NCBI RefSeq assembly: GCF_012516435.1
Contig: NZ_CP051216.1
Span: 2,765,669 to 2,789,668, forward strand
DNA: 24,000 nucleotides
Direction: 5' to 3'
DNA from: Pseudodesulfovibrio sp. zrk46
GTDB lineage: Bacteria > Desulfobacterota > Desulfovibrionia > Desulfovibrionales > Desulfovibrionaceae
Shown here: positions 15,612 through 24,000 of the stretch, piece by piece
How positions within the stretch are numbered: the stretch's first letter is position 1
How the letters are laid out: the number at the start of each line of letters is the position of its first letter
Program-made: the position numbers and the translations under genes
Notes under the pieces: model-generated
What the model saw: the letters and a program-made list of their open reading frames with translations, nothing else
Database searches by the model: none
Told to the model about the DNA's origin: nothing

Positions 15612-18179
15612 ATGATCTGGAAAAAACGGCGATTCATATACTTAGTACTTATAATGGTAGCTTTGGTGGTAGCTGTATCTTTTTTTAACAGCTACTACAT
15701 GTATCAAATGTCCATCTCTGAGCAGCGGGCCCGTCTATCTGAATTGGTGGGTGTCCAAAAAAATGTCATCGCGGAAATAGGTGTGCGCTTATGGGCATCC
15801 ACAGATATAGATGAGCATGGAGTTATCGATCTTCTCGTGCGTTCCCACTCGCTTTTCATGGAGAAAGATTCCAAAGTAGAATTCATAGTTGCAAAACGTG
15901 AAGGAGGCTTCATAAGCTTCCTAAGTCTAAATGGCAAAGCTGTGCCCTCCGATAGCCCGATGGCTAAAATCCCTTTTGACTCAGGTTTAGCCATACCTAT
16001 GAAGCATGCCCTTTTACGACAAGTGGGAACAATTATTGCCGACGACTATGACACCACTGAAGTTTTGGCTGCTTATAACTACGTAACATTAAGAAATACT
16101 ACTCTGGGTATTGTTGCAAAGGTTGATTTAGAAGAAGTCAAAGCGCCTTTTATGGAGGCAAACATAATCGTTTTGGGAGTTGGTAGTTTTCTTACTTTGA
16201 TCGGAGTTTGGCTGTTCTTGAGGATAAGCGAGCCGATCATAAGAGCCCTTCAGCAAAGTGAGCAGCAATATCGTGGGCTGGTTGAGAATGCTGATAGTTT
16301 GATTATTCGAATCGACAGTAATGGTAATATTACTTACGCGAATAACTATGCTCAAAATTATTTTGCAGTTGATTCAGTCGTTGGAATCCCGATGTATCAG
16401 TTGTTTGAAGAAGAGGTGAGCACTCCTTCGATTTTTGGAATAGCTGAATTTTTATCAGAAAGGACCAGCCTTAATCCTACTCAAATTGCCAAGAGTAAAA
16501 ATGAGTTTGCTTATGTCTCGTGGACTGTGAAGTTGTTTGAATCACAAACTCCCGAGTTGCTGTGTATTGGTATTGATGTGACCAATGAGCATCTTGCTCG
16601 CCAAGCACAGAAAGAATCGCAGGAACGATTCAGGGCTCTGGCAAAAGCTGCACCAGTAGGAATTGTCATTACAGATCTGATGGGCAATCTAATGTATGCA
16701 AATGAGAAGATGCAGGAACTTACACGGGCTTCTACCGTTGAGCTTGCTGGGGTTGGCTGGCTCCAGTTTATTGAAAGAGGCCTGAGGGATGAAATCATTC
16801 GAGAATGGTTTACTCAAAATAATATTAAGCAGCGTTATGAGTTCCAATTGACGAACCTAAAAGGGGATGAACTGTGGATTCTTGGTCAGATCGTTGATTT
16901 GGAGAATGCACATAGTGAGACTGTCGGAAAGTTGGTAGCCCTCACTGACATCACCCGGATAAAAGAGGCTGATGTTGCCCGTAGTCGTCTCACTGCGGCT
17001 ATCGAACAGGCTGCAGAAATGATCATAATCACCGATCTTGATGGAACAATCTCATATGTCAATCCCGCTTTTGAACAGGTTTCGGGTTATAGCAAGGAAG
17101 AAGTTTTAGGAAAGAATCCACGAATCCTTAATAGTGGTGAGCACAAGAGAGATTTTTATATTGGGTTATGGGAAACACTTGTTGCTGATGAAATCTGGAC
17201 TGGTAGGTTTATTAATAGGCGGAAAAATGGCGAACGTTACACCCAAGAGTCAACTATTGGCCCAGTTAAGAACGACAACGGAGAACGAATCGGCTATGTC
17301 GGAGTAGCCCGAGATATTTCTGAGCAACTCGTTATTGAAGCCCGCTTACGCCAATCTCAGAAACTCGAGTCAATAGGGGAACTCGCAGCCGGAATTGCTC
17401 ATGAAATCAATACTCCCACTCAGTATGTTACAAGTAACTTGCAGTTTTTTGAGGATTCATTCGCGAAATATTCAGGGATGATCGAAAAGACTCAAAAGTT
17501 GATACTACTTATTAAAAATAGAGAGTTGGGCGGAAGCGAATCAGAAATTCTTGAGTATGCTGAAAAGATTATTGATGATCAGGAAGTGGAGTTCCTCAAG
17601 GAAGACCTCCCCAATGCACTGCAAGAGTCAGAGTCAGGGTTGAAGCGTATTTCGGAGATCGTACAATCGATCAAGCAACTGGCGCATCCTGGCGAAGTCA
17701 AAAAGAGCTTTTGGAGCTTAAATGAGATAGTTAGAGACGCCGTTACAGTCGCGACCAACGAGTGGAAGTATTCTGCAATTATCAATTATGATTTAGATGA
17801 ACAATTAGATCACATTTATTGCCTCAAAGCAGAGGTCGGACAAGTAATCTTAAATGTAGTCGTTAATGCAGCCCACGCGATTGAAGCGGTTCGAGATATT
17901 GACGATGAACTGGGCTCTATCTCAATAAAAACCTATTCCGAAAGAGATTTAGCTGTGTTGGAAATATCAGATACAGGATCTGGTATCCCAGAGGAACTAC
18001 TCGATAGAATCTTTGACCCGTTCTTTACAACTAAGGAGGTTGGTAAGGGGACTGGGCAAGGGTTGGCGATAGCTCATAATGTCGTGACGAACCTTCACAA
18101 CGGAAGTATTGAAGTCTTGAGCACCGTGGGTGAAGGAAGTACTTTTGTCATCAAGCTTCCTTTTGAAGATAAAGACTAA
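15612..18179 (+). CDS. Membrane sensor histidine kinase: TM, ~155-aa extracytoplasmic Cache-like domain, TM, three PAS-like regions, HisKA, HATPase
   Basis: 855 aa. TM1 is [18 protein letters not shown] and TM2 is [20 protein letters not shown]-box [23 protein letters not shown]-box [12 protein letters not shown]-boxes DTGSGI and GTGQGLAI. Confidence 0.9.
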   Translation: MIWKKRRFIYLVLIMVALVVAVSFFNSYYMYQMSISEQRARLSELVGVQKNVIAEIGVRLWASTDIDEHGVIDLLVRSHSLFMEKDSKVEFIVAKREGGFISFLSLNGKAVPSDSPMAKIPFDSGLAIPMKHALLRQVGTIIADDYDTTEVLAAYNYVTLRNTTLGIVAKVDLEEVKAPFMEANIIVLGVGSFLTLIGVWLFLRISEPIIRALQQSEQQYRGLVENADSLIIRIDSNGNITYANNYAQNYFAVDSVVGIPMYQLFEEEVSTPSIFGIAEFLSERTSLNPTQIAKSKNEFAYVSWTVKLFESQTPELLCIGIDVTNEHLARQAQKESQERFRALAKAAPVGIVITDLMGNLMYANEKMQELTRASTVELAGVGWLQFIERGLRDEIIREWFTQNNIKQRYEFQLTNLKGDELWILGQIVDLENAHSETVGKLVALTDITRIKEADVARSRLTAAIEQAAEMIIITDLDGTISYVNPAFEQVSGYSKEEVLGKNPRILNSGEHKRDFYIGLWETLVADEIWTGRFINRRKNGERYTQESTIGPVKNDNGERIGYVGVARDISEQLVIEARLRQSQKLESIGELAAGIAHEINTPTQYVTSNLQFFEDSFAKYSGMIEKTQKLILLIKNRELGGSESEILEYAEKIIDDQEVEFLKEDLPNALQESESGLKRISEIVQSIKQLAHPGEVKKSFWSLNEIVRDAVTVATNEWKYSAIINYDLDEQLDHIYCLKAEVGQVILNVVVNAAHAIEAVRDIDDELGSISIKTYSERDLAVLEISDTGSGIPEELLDRIFDPFFTTKEVGKGTGQGLAIAHNVVTNLHNGSIEVLSTVGEGSTFVIKLPFEDKD

Positions 18180-19189
18180 AATGCTTCTTCAGAGTATATG
18201 TTCTCTTCCTGGAGTATGGAAATCCCTGATTCTGCGCATTGAACATCAAAACAAGATCCTTTCATTTCATTGAGAAAACGAATGGCCTCATTTGCTCCAA
18301 GAATTTTGCGATATGGTCTGTGGGTCATTATAGCATCAATAACATCAGCGACAGAAAGAATTTTCGATTCAATTAATATGCTCTCTTTGGTGATGCCATT
18401 GGGGTAGCCTGAACCGTCAAGGCGTTCATGGTGCTCGACGATTATCCTGGATATTGGCCATTCCGTATCCAAGGTCTGGAATATGTCCGCTCCGACAAGA
18501 GGATGAGCTTTAATCAGCGCAAATTCTGCATCGTTTAGTGTGCCAGGCTTATTTAGAATACCTGCCGGTACGGCTATCTTACCAATATCATGAACTCGGG
18601 CAGCCAGTTCCAATCCATGTATTTTTTCTTCGGGCAAGTTTATTCTTTCAGCTATCAAAACAGCTAATTTTGAGGTCCGTTCCATGTGCCCTGCGGTATA
18701 GGGGTCTCGGAATTCAACTAGACGGGTAAAAGCCTGAAGGGTTCCTTCCAGACCATCGTTTAAACGGCGCATAATTGCTAGTTCTTGAGAGGCCTGGGTC
18801 ATCTTGAACTGGTCTATGCCTGCAATGATTGCATTGGTAAGGTCTTCAATAGCACAGGGCTTTGTAAGAAAACGGAAGATATCACCTCGGTTGACGACAC
18901 TGATTGCCATTTCCAGGTCAGCATAACCTGTCAGGACCATACGAATCGTTGACGGATAAAGCTCCTTGATTTTTCCTAGCAGTTCAATACCGCTCATGGT
19001 TGGCATTTTAATATCGGTTACAGCGACAACGAAAGGTCCTTCTTTCTCTAGTTTTTCGAGGGCCGCTTCACCACCTAAGGCCGTATGCACATCGAATACA
19101 TTGCGCAACAATCTGCGATGACTATCCAGAAGGTTGGCTTCATCGTCGACCATGAGCACTTTGTGTCGGGAATAATCTTTATTCATCAT
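18176..19189 (-). CDS. Response regulator with HD-GYP output domain (RpfG-type c-di-GMP phosphodiesterase)
   Basis: 337 aa. REC motifs: VDDE, VTDIKMP, LTGY, FLTKPC. HD-GYP motifs all present: TAGHMERT, VHDIGK, KAHP, EHHERLDGSGYP. Confidence 0.9.
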   Translation of the reverse strand: MMNKDYSRHKVLMVDDEANLLDSHRRLLRNVFDVHTALGGEAALEKLEKEGPFVVAVTDIKMPTMSGIELLGKIKELYPSTIRMVLTGYADLEMAISVVNRGDIFRFLTKPCAIEDLTNAIIAGIDQFKMTQASQELAIMRRLNDGLEGTLQAFTRLVEFRDPYTAGHMERTSKLAVLIAERINLPEEKIHGLELAARVHDIGKIAVPAGILNKPGTLNDAEFALIKAHPLVGADIFQTLDTEWPISRIIVEHHERLDGSGYPNGITKESILIESKILSVADVIDAIMTHRPYRKILGANEAIRFLNEMKGSCFDVQCAESGISILQEENIYSEEAF

Positions 19190-19194
19190 TGTTA

Positions 19195-20334
19195 CTAACC
19201 TGGTACGAGTACTTCTAATTTTTCAGGCACACCGACTTGTTTAGCAAATAAGTGTATCCGATCAATTTTGTCTTTATCTAGCTCCAAGCTTTTTCTGAGC
19301 AGCATGGCGCCTTGATCAGAAATGATGTCTTGATGAAGAATCATCCCTGGGTTCAGATCAGCCAGTGCAACCATCTTAGTTTCATATCTGGCCTCATTGC
19401 CGAGCATTCCCTCGAGATAATATATTAACTCCGGGTCATATACTTCAATATTCTTTTCCAAACTCATGAAGGCTTTTTGGGGGGATTTATTCTTTTGGAG
19501 TGCCACATCATAATCCAAGGCAATTTTCAAAATACGCCCGCCAAGAGGAATGCTATCTCCCTTCTTGTTGTCTCGAGGTGTGCCAGAACCATCATATCCC
19601 TTGAGCTGATATGCGATCATTTCTGCAATCGACTCAAGCCGCGGCAGCTTCTGGATCATGCTTTGGGCAATGACAGGGTGCATTTCAAACATTTGCAGTT
19701 GTTCTGGTGTTATTTCCTTTCCGTTGAAGATGTCATCCAACGTGCCCGGCGGCAGGATCAGAGTGCCAAATTGAGAAAGCATCGTTGCGATGTCATAACG
19801 CCATAAATCTTTGACCCCTTTTTTCTCGGCGAGATATCTTACATAGCGGCGTACTCTGTTGACCTGTTCTCCAGCAACCGGGTTCACCAGTGACGTTATT
19901 TCGCCAAGGAGTTCTATACTGCCTTTGAGAGTTTTCTCCATTAAGACTTTTTTTGCCGTAACCAAATCAAATTGACGAACGCCTTCTACTACATGTTTGC
20001 GAAGATCCTCTTTCTCACATGGCTTGGTTAAAAAACGGAAAACATTCCCGTCATTCACAGCGTGGATGGCATTATTCAGATCGGCGTATCCTGTGAGCAT
20101 AAGCCGGGTGGTGTCGGGTGAAAGTTCCTTGACCTCTTTAAGGAATTCAATGCCATTCATTTTGGGCATTCTGAAGTCAGATACTACCGCTGCAAATGGG
20201 TGTTTTTTGTCTATATTTGCCAGCGCATTTAAAGGGTCTGTGTCTATTTCGACTTCGAATAAATCCCTTAGCTGTCTCCTTAGCGCAGACAGCACATTGG
20301 GTTCATCGTCCACTAAGAGGATTCGCTGTTTCAT
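19195..20334 (-). CDS. Response regulator with degenerate (pseudo-)HD-GYP domain and an extra C-terminal domain
   Basis: 379 aa. REC is intact (VDDE, VSDFRMP, LTGY, FLTKPC). Aligned to the neighbouring HD-GYP domain: GH->GE, HD->SQ (MLSQFG), HHE->YQL, GYP->GTP (YQLKGYDGSGTP). ATGA overlap with the upstream gene. Confidence 0.85.
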   Translation of the reverse strand: MKQRILLVDDEPNVLSALRRQLRDLFEVEIDTDPLNALANIDKKHPFAAVVSDFRMPKMNGIEFLKEVKELSPDTTRLMLTGYADLNNAIHAVNDGNVFRFLTKPCEKEDLRKHVVEGVRQFDLVTAKKVLMEKTLKGSIELLGEITSLVNPVAGEQVNRVRRYVRYLAEKKGVKDLWRYDIATMLSQFGTLILPPGTLDDIFNGKEITPEQLQMFEMHPVIAQSMIQKLPRLESIAEMIAYQLKGYDGSGTPRDNKKGDSIPLGGRILKIALDYDVALQKNKSPQKAFMSLEKNIEVYDPELIYYLEGMLGNEARYETKMVALADLNPGMILHQDIISDQGAMLLRKSLELDKDKIDRIHLFAKQVGVPEKLEVLVPG

Positions 20335-21590
20335 TTAACACCTCTGCCAATGGACTGCATGAAAATATCAATGTTTTCAGCCGGGATGCACTCCCAATAG
20401 TCCCATTTCTTTTTAAGGTAAGCGATCCACTTGGTCCGTTTCGCTTTGTCGACAAGGCCTTCCAGTTCCTCGTTAATTTTAGTCTTCCTATACTTTTCGT
20501 TTATAATGACGCAGTTATGATCGAAAACATCTGCAACGTGCGCTATTACTGAAACTTGATCATCTGGATTGACCTTATGATGATGGTGCCCGATGCCGTA
20601 GACCAGTCTGCCGGATAGTCCCCAAAGGCCCATTAGGTATGCGCCTACTTCGGCATGTGATGTGCCAAATGTCTCCTTCTCTGCTTCGAAGATGAGCTTG
20701 TTGGTTCCATTAATATCGTTCAGCATTTGCTTGTACTGTTCCGGGAAACTACTGATAAGGACAAGCTTTCCAACGTCATGTAGCAGCCCGGTCATACGAC
20801 ACTGTGCGATAGTGTCTCTGTCAAGTCCTTCGCACTCTGCAATCAACTGAGCGATAGTGGACACTCTGAAACAATGTTCCCAAAGAAGGGTGATGCTTAG
20901 TTCGGGAAGCTTCTTCTCGTCATATAGGGAGAACATATGGGTGGAGAGAACCAGCGCTTTAATAGTGTCCAGTCCAAGCATGGTTATAGCTTTATGAACG
21001 GAGTCTACGTTTGAAGGAAGTCCGAAATAGGGAGAGTTCACAAGCTTGAGGACTTTGGCAACAAAGCCAACATCACGTGAGATATGTTCCGCTATTTTAT
21101 CAATAGATGGTTCTTTTTGAGCCAATTCACTTTCTATGTCATGGAAAACTTGTGGAATTACGGGCAATGCATCAAGTTTGGTAACAAGCTCTAGAAGGTT
21201 TTGGTCCGTAAGAACAGATCGGGAGTGCAGTGCCCCCTCGATCTTTTCGATGAGTTCGTCGGATTCACATGGTTTGGAGATGTATTGATGCACAGCCTTG
21301 ATGCTACGGATAACTTCGTTAAGGTCCACCTGTCCCGAAAGCGCAATACGAATAGTGGTAGGCGATAGTGACTTAACCCGGCTGAGGAGATCTGCTCCGT
21401 CCATCCCGGGCATGCGTATGTCTGAAACCACAACATCAAATTCAGCATGTTCCATCGCCTCAAGAGCCTTTTGGCCGGATTCAACAAAGGTCATGTCCCA
21501 TTCATTATGCTTTGACCTGAGCATACGCTTCAGCGCAGAAAGAACATTAGGTTCATCGTCTACAAACATGATTTGAGTTTTGTCGCTCAT
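20331..21590 (-). CDS. Response regulator with HDOD output domain
   Basis: 419 aa. REC motifs: VDDE, VSDIRMP, LSGQ, YISKPC. HDOD-like region: ISRDVGFVAKVLKLVNSPYFGLPSNVDSVHKAITMLGLDTIKALVLS...GLLHDVGKLVL...HAEVGAYLMGLWGL. TAATG overlap with the upstream kinase gene. Confidence 0.85.
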   Translation of the reverse strand: MSDKTQIMFVDDEPNVLSALKRMLRSKHNEWDMTFVESGQKALEAMEHAEFDVVVSDIRMPGMDGADLLSRVKSLSPTTIRIALSGQVDLNEVIRSIKAVHQYISKPCESDELIEKIEGALHSRSVLTDQNLLELVTKLDALPVIPQVFHDIESELAQKEPSIDKIAEHISRDVGFVAKVLKLVNSPYFGLPSNVDSVHKAITMLGLDTIKALVLSTHMFSLYDEKKLPELSITLLWEHCFRVSTIAQLIAECEGLDRDTIAQCRMTGLLHDVGKLVLISSFPEQYKQMLNDINGTNKLIFEAEKETFGTSHAEVGAYLMGLWGLSGRLVYGIGHHHHKVNPDDQVSVIAHVADVFDHNCVIINEKYRKTKINEELEGLVDKAKRTKWIAYLKKKWDYWECIPAENIDIFMQSIGRGVK

Positions 21591-23686
21591 TAGTCCCTCT
21601 CATCAGGATTTATCGGCAACACTATCGTGAAGCGAGTGCCGACATTGAGATCACTTGTGACTTCTATGGTACCATTATGTTTTGTAATAATCGAATAACA
21701 AATGCTTAAACCTTGACCGCTACCTTGCCCGACATCCTTTGTGGTGAAAAAGGGATCAAAGATTCTTTCTTGAATCTCTTTTGGGATGCCGATTCCATTG
21801 TCTTCTATGGATATGGTGACATTGTCTCCATCTTCCGAGGTAGATATGGAGATTGTCCCTTTCTCTGTTGTGTCTTTAAAGCGATCTTTAACTGCATGAA
21901 CTGCATTTATGATTAAATTAAGAAACGCTTGGCTAATATCGTGAGAATTACAGCGTACTTGAGGTAAGCCTTCCATTAGATCAAGGTTTAAATCTGCAGT
22001 GTATTTCCATTCGTTTTTTGAAACGATAGAAAGATTTTGAAGGATTGCATTCAAGTTGTTCCATTCAAACAGATCCAGTCCCGGATGAGACAATTTTTTT
22101 AAGGCTTGAACTGTCGTCGTAATGCTCTCAACCCCTTCAAGGGATTGTTCGAGGGCTTGAGGAACTTCCTCATTGTAAAAATCGATATCCTCAAAGGATA
22201 AGGAGGGGTGGGCCTCTGGATTAGCCTTTTGTGCCCAGCATGCAATACAAGTTTCAAAGGCCTTTTGAATGAATCTCAGATTGTCAGTGATGTATTGAGC
22301 TGGAGTGTTGATTTCGTGTGCTATTCCTGCAGCCAGACTGCCAATGCTTTCGAGTTTGAGAGCGTGTGCAAGCTGTCTTTCGATGTTCTTTCGTTCGGAA
22401 ATATCGAAGATGACTGCGACGAAATGGGGTTTGTCATTAATCTCCAATTCGAGCACTGTCTTAGAGATTGGTACCGAGGTTTCATCTTTGCGCTTCAACT
22501 CAAATTCTGCGTTCAATAGCTTTTTCCCAATGGCTGGGCATCCTTTCTTTGGAAATTGATCACCATACCTGCAAATGTATTCATAGCAGGGCTTGCCGGT
22601 AAGCTCCGAAGGCGAAACCCTTAGAATTTTGCCAGCAACGTTGCTGGCTCTTGTTATGATGAAACGTTCCATGTCTATGAATAGCACTCCTGCTTCAATA
22701 CCATCGAGTATGCTTTCTAGTACTTTCTGGTTCTTGATGAGTTGTAGTTCATCATAATGTTTTGTTTGAATATTCCTAATTAAATAGAAGAGAATCATGG
22801 CCAGCAGAATTAGTGAAGCAGATCCTCCAAGGATCCACCAGCGTATAGCCAATACAGGTTTCAACAATCTATTGTAATCCAGAGACAATACGATATGCCA
22901 CTTAATGGGAATATTCGTATTAGCCAAATGAGTTTGAACAACGATAATTTCGTTATTGCCATTTATCTTGTCTTGAAAAACTCCATTGATGTTCTTGTTG
23001 GAAAATTTATTTTTTAAAAAAGTGTTTATAGAAAAAGGCTTGTATAAGGACGTGGAGTAGAGTGTCTCCCAATGATCAGTGAGAAGTTCCAGTTTATTGA
23101 TGTGATACTCATCTAGAGTGTGACCAATTTTTCGAATAAGCGAAGAGGAATGGCAGATAGCAGTCAGGACAACCGGATCGCTACTTGGGTTATCAATTCG
23201 CATTGAAATGCGAAGCATCGAGCGACCACGAGAGTCTTTAAAAAAATCCATAGATCTACCTGTCTCAAGTGTAGTTGACCACCAATCTTCCTTACAGCAA
23301 TCCTGTTTTTCTGATTCTGTGGAGGCGAGTATCTTTCCATCCTTATTGGCGAGAAAAACCTCTTCATAAAATCTCTGGCCGAAATTGTTTTCAAAGAAGT
23401 CAATAAATCTGGAGGAAAGCATGGGGTTATCTACCTGCTGCCACCATGCCCCAGTGTGTATTTGTGCGTCTGACTGTAAGGTGGCTATGAATAAGCCCAA
23501 GTCTTCTTGATAAAAGGAAATATTGCTTTGTATCATCCCTTGGATATGCTTCCCCCAGAATTCTCCATCTTCGAATAGTTGATCTTGGAAAGCATTGTAG
23601 GTCCGATGGTACACCACCCCTGTCACACTAAGCAGCAGTATGGCGAATCCAGTCAGTAAGATGATTACTTTGGTATTGATGCGCAT
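21590..23686 (-). CDS. Membrane sensor histidine kinase: TM, ~260-aa extracytoplasmic (double-Cache-like) domain, TM, Cys-triad PAS, HisKA, HATPase
   Basis: 698 aa. TM1 is VIILLTGFAILLLSVTGVVY and TM2 is WWILGGSASLILLAMILFYLI. H-box [23 protein letters not shown]-box FLNLIINAVHA. G-boxes DNGIGI and GSGQGLSI. Confidence 0.9.
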   Translation of the reverse strand: MRINTKVIILLTGFAILLLSVTGVVYHRTYNAFQDQLFEDGEFWGKHIQGMIQSNISFYQEDLGLFIATLQSDAQIHTGAWWQQVDNPMLSSRFIDFFENNFGQRFYEEVFLANKDGKILASTESEKQDCCKEDWWSTTLETGRSMDFFKDSRGRSMLRISMRIDNPSSDPVVLTAICHSSSLIRKIGHTLDEYHINKLELLTDHWETLYSTSLYKPFSINTFLKNKFSNKNINGVFQDKINGNNEIIVVQTHLANTNIPIKWHIVLSLDYNRLLKPVLAIRWWILGGSASLILLAMILFYLIRNIQTKHYDELQLIKNQKVLESILDGIEAGVLFIDMERFIITRASNVAGKILRVSPSELTGKPCYEYICRYGDQFPKKGCPAIGKKLLNAEFELKRKDETSVPISKTVLELEINDKPHFVAVIFDISERKNIERQLAHALKLESIGSLAAGIAHEINTPAQYITDNLRFIQKAFETCIACWAQKANPEAHPSLSFEDIDFYNEEVPQALEQSLEGVESITTTVQALKKLSHPGLDLFEWNNLNAILQNLSIVSKNEWKYTADLNLDLMEGLPQVRCNSHDISQAFLNLIINAVHAVKDRFKDTTEKGTISISTSEDGDNVTISIEDNGIGIPKEIQERIFDPFFTTKDVGQGSGQGLSICYSIITKHNGTIEVTSDLNVGTRFTIVLPINPDERD

Positions 23687-23687
23687 A

Positions 23688-24000
23688 TTACCGCCTGAAG
23701 AATTCGAGTTTGCCGTTTTTCATTTGAGCCGGGCGTAAAGGGAAATGGAAATGATGAGAATTGGGTTGGCTTTCGACATCACCGAATAACCCTGGATAAA
23801 CAAATCCCCTCTCCATAAATTCAACTATATCCTGTGGCTTCGTTCCTTTTGCTTTGAAGATGTCATACAGAAGCATGATGCTGTCGTAGCCTATTGTAGA
23901 ATACACATCCACGGGACTGTCGTACTGTTGAACAAAATCAACGCGTAATTGTTTCATTTGTCGAGATGTTACATTGTAAATTAATGGGGCCGGGATATAA
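23688..24000 (-). CDS. Periplasmic binding protein, type 1 (Leu/Ile/Val-binding-protein-like), C-terminal part; the 5' end is beyond the right edge
   Basis: The frame is open upstream of the track's Met out to position 24000 (YIPAPLIYNVTSRQMKQLRVDF...). The pattern YSTIGYDSIMLLYDIFKAKGTKPQDIVEFM is typical of the C-terminal lobe of LivK-type SBPs. Its stop TAA (23690..23688) lies 1 nt before the kinase ATG. Confidence 0.55.
   Translation of the reverse strand, partial: YIPAPLIYNVTSRQMKQLRVDFVQQYDSPVDVYSTIGYDSIMLLYDIFKAKGTKPQDIVEFMERGFVYPGLFGDVESQPNSHHFHFPLRPAQMKNGKLEFFRR

Noticed and set aside
18163-18191. Hairpin TGAAGA/TCTTCA at the convergent gene junction as a bidirectional terminator
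   Set aside because: The stem is only 6-8 bp and AT-rich, the loop is 15 nt and there is no U-tract. It is not convincing.

Overview
Bacterial chromosomal window in three parts. (1) 1-4388: the first ~1460 codons of a giant minus-strand adhesin. It is missing from the ORF track because it has no in-window stop. It holds at least 5 near-identical 654-bp tandem units of VCBS-type repeats and is visibly more GC-rich and C-ending in codon use than the rest of the window. (2) 4389-8824: a 593-bp AT-rich divergent intergenic region with a DnaA-box cluster. It is followed by a family-3 solute-binding protein, a Tat-signal M48 metalloprotease translationally coupled to an SH3-domain protein, and a GNAT acetyltransferase. 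tRNA-Ala(GGC) comes next, directly followed by a decayed tyrosine-integrase gene abutting an IS3-family transposase fragment (integrative-element scar). (3) 9069-24000: a dense signalling island with three blocks. First, a six-gene stressosome operon: GAF-STAS RsbR, PocR-STAS RsbR, RsbS, RsbT, an RsbT-like ATPase fused to a PP2C phosphatase, and a soluble coiled-coil/PAS histidine kinase. No sigma factor, RsbV or RsbW is in the window. Second, a hemerythrin gene remnant and a membrane Cache/PAS histidine kinase. Third, a convergent five-gene operon: type-1 periplasmic binding protein, dCache/PAS histidine kinase, REC-HDOD, REC-degenerate-HD-GYP and REC-HD-GYP. Main hypothesis: a stressosome wired to His-Asp signalling and c-di-GMP hydrolysis instead of a sigma factor, using sensor domains (GAF, PocR, Cys-triad PAS) that are not characterised stressosome inputs. 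All domain calls come from motifs read by eye; no database search was possible. Taxon guess (low confidence): a marine sulfate-reducer-like Desulfobacterota/deltaproteobacterium.
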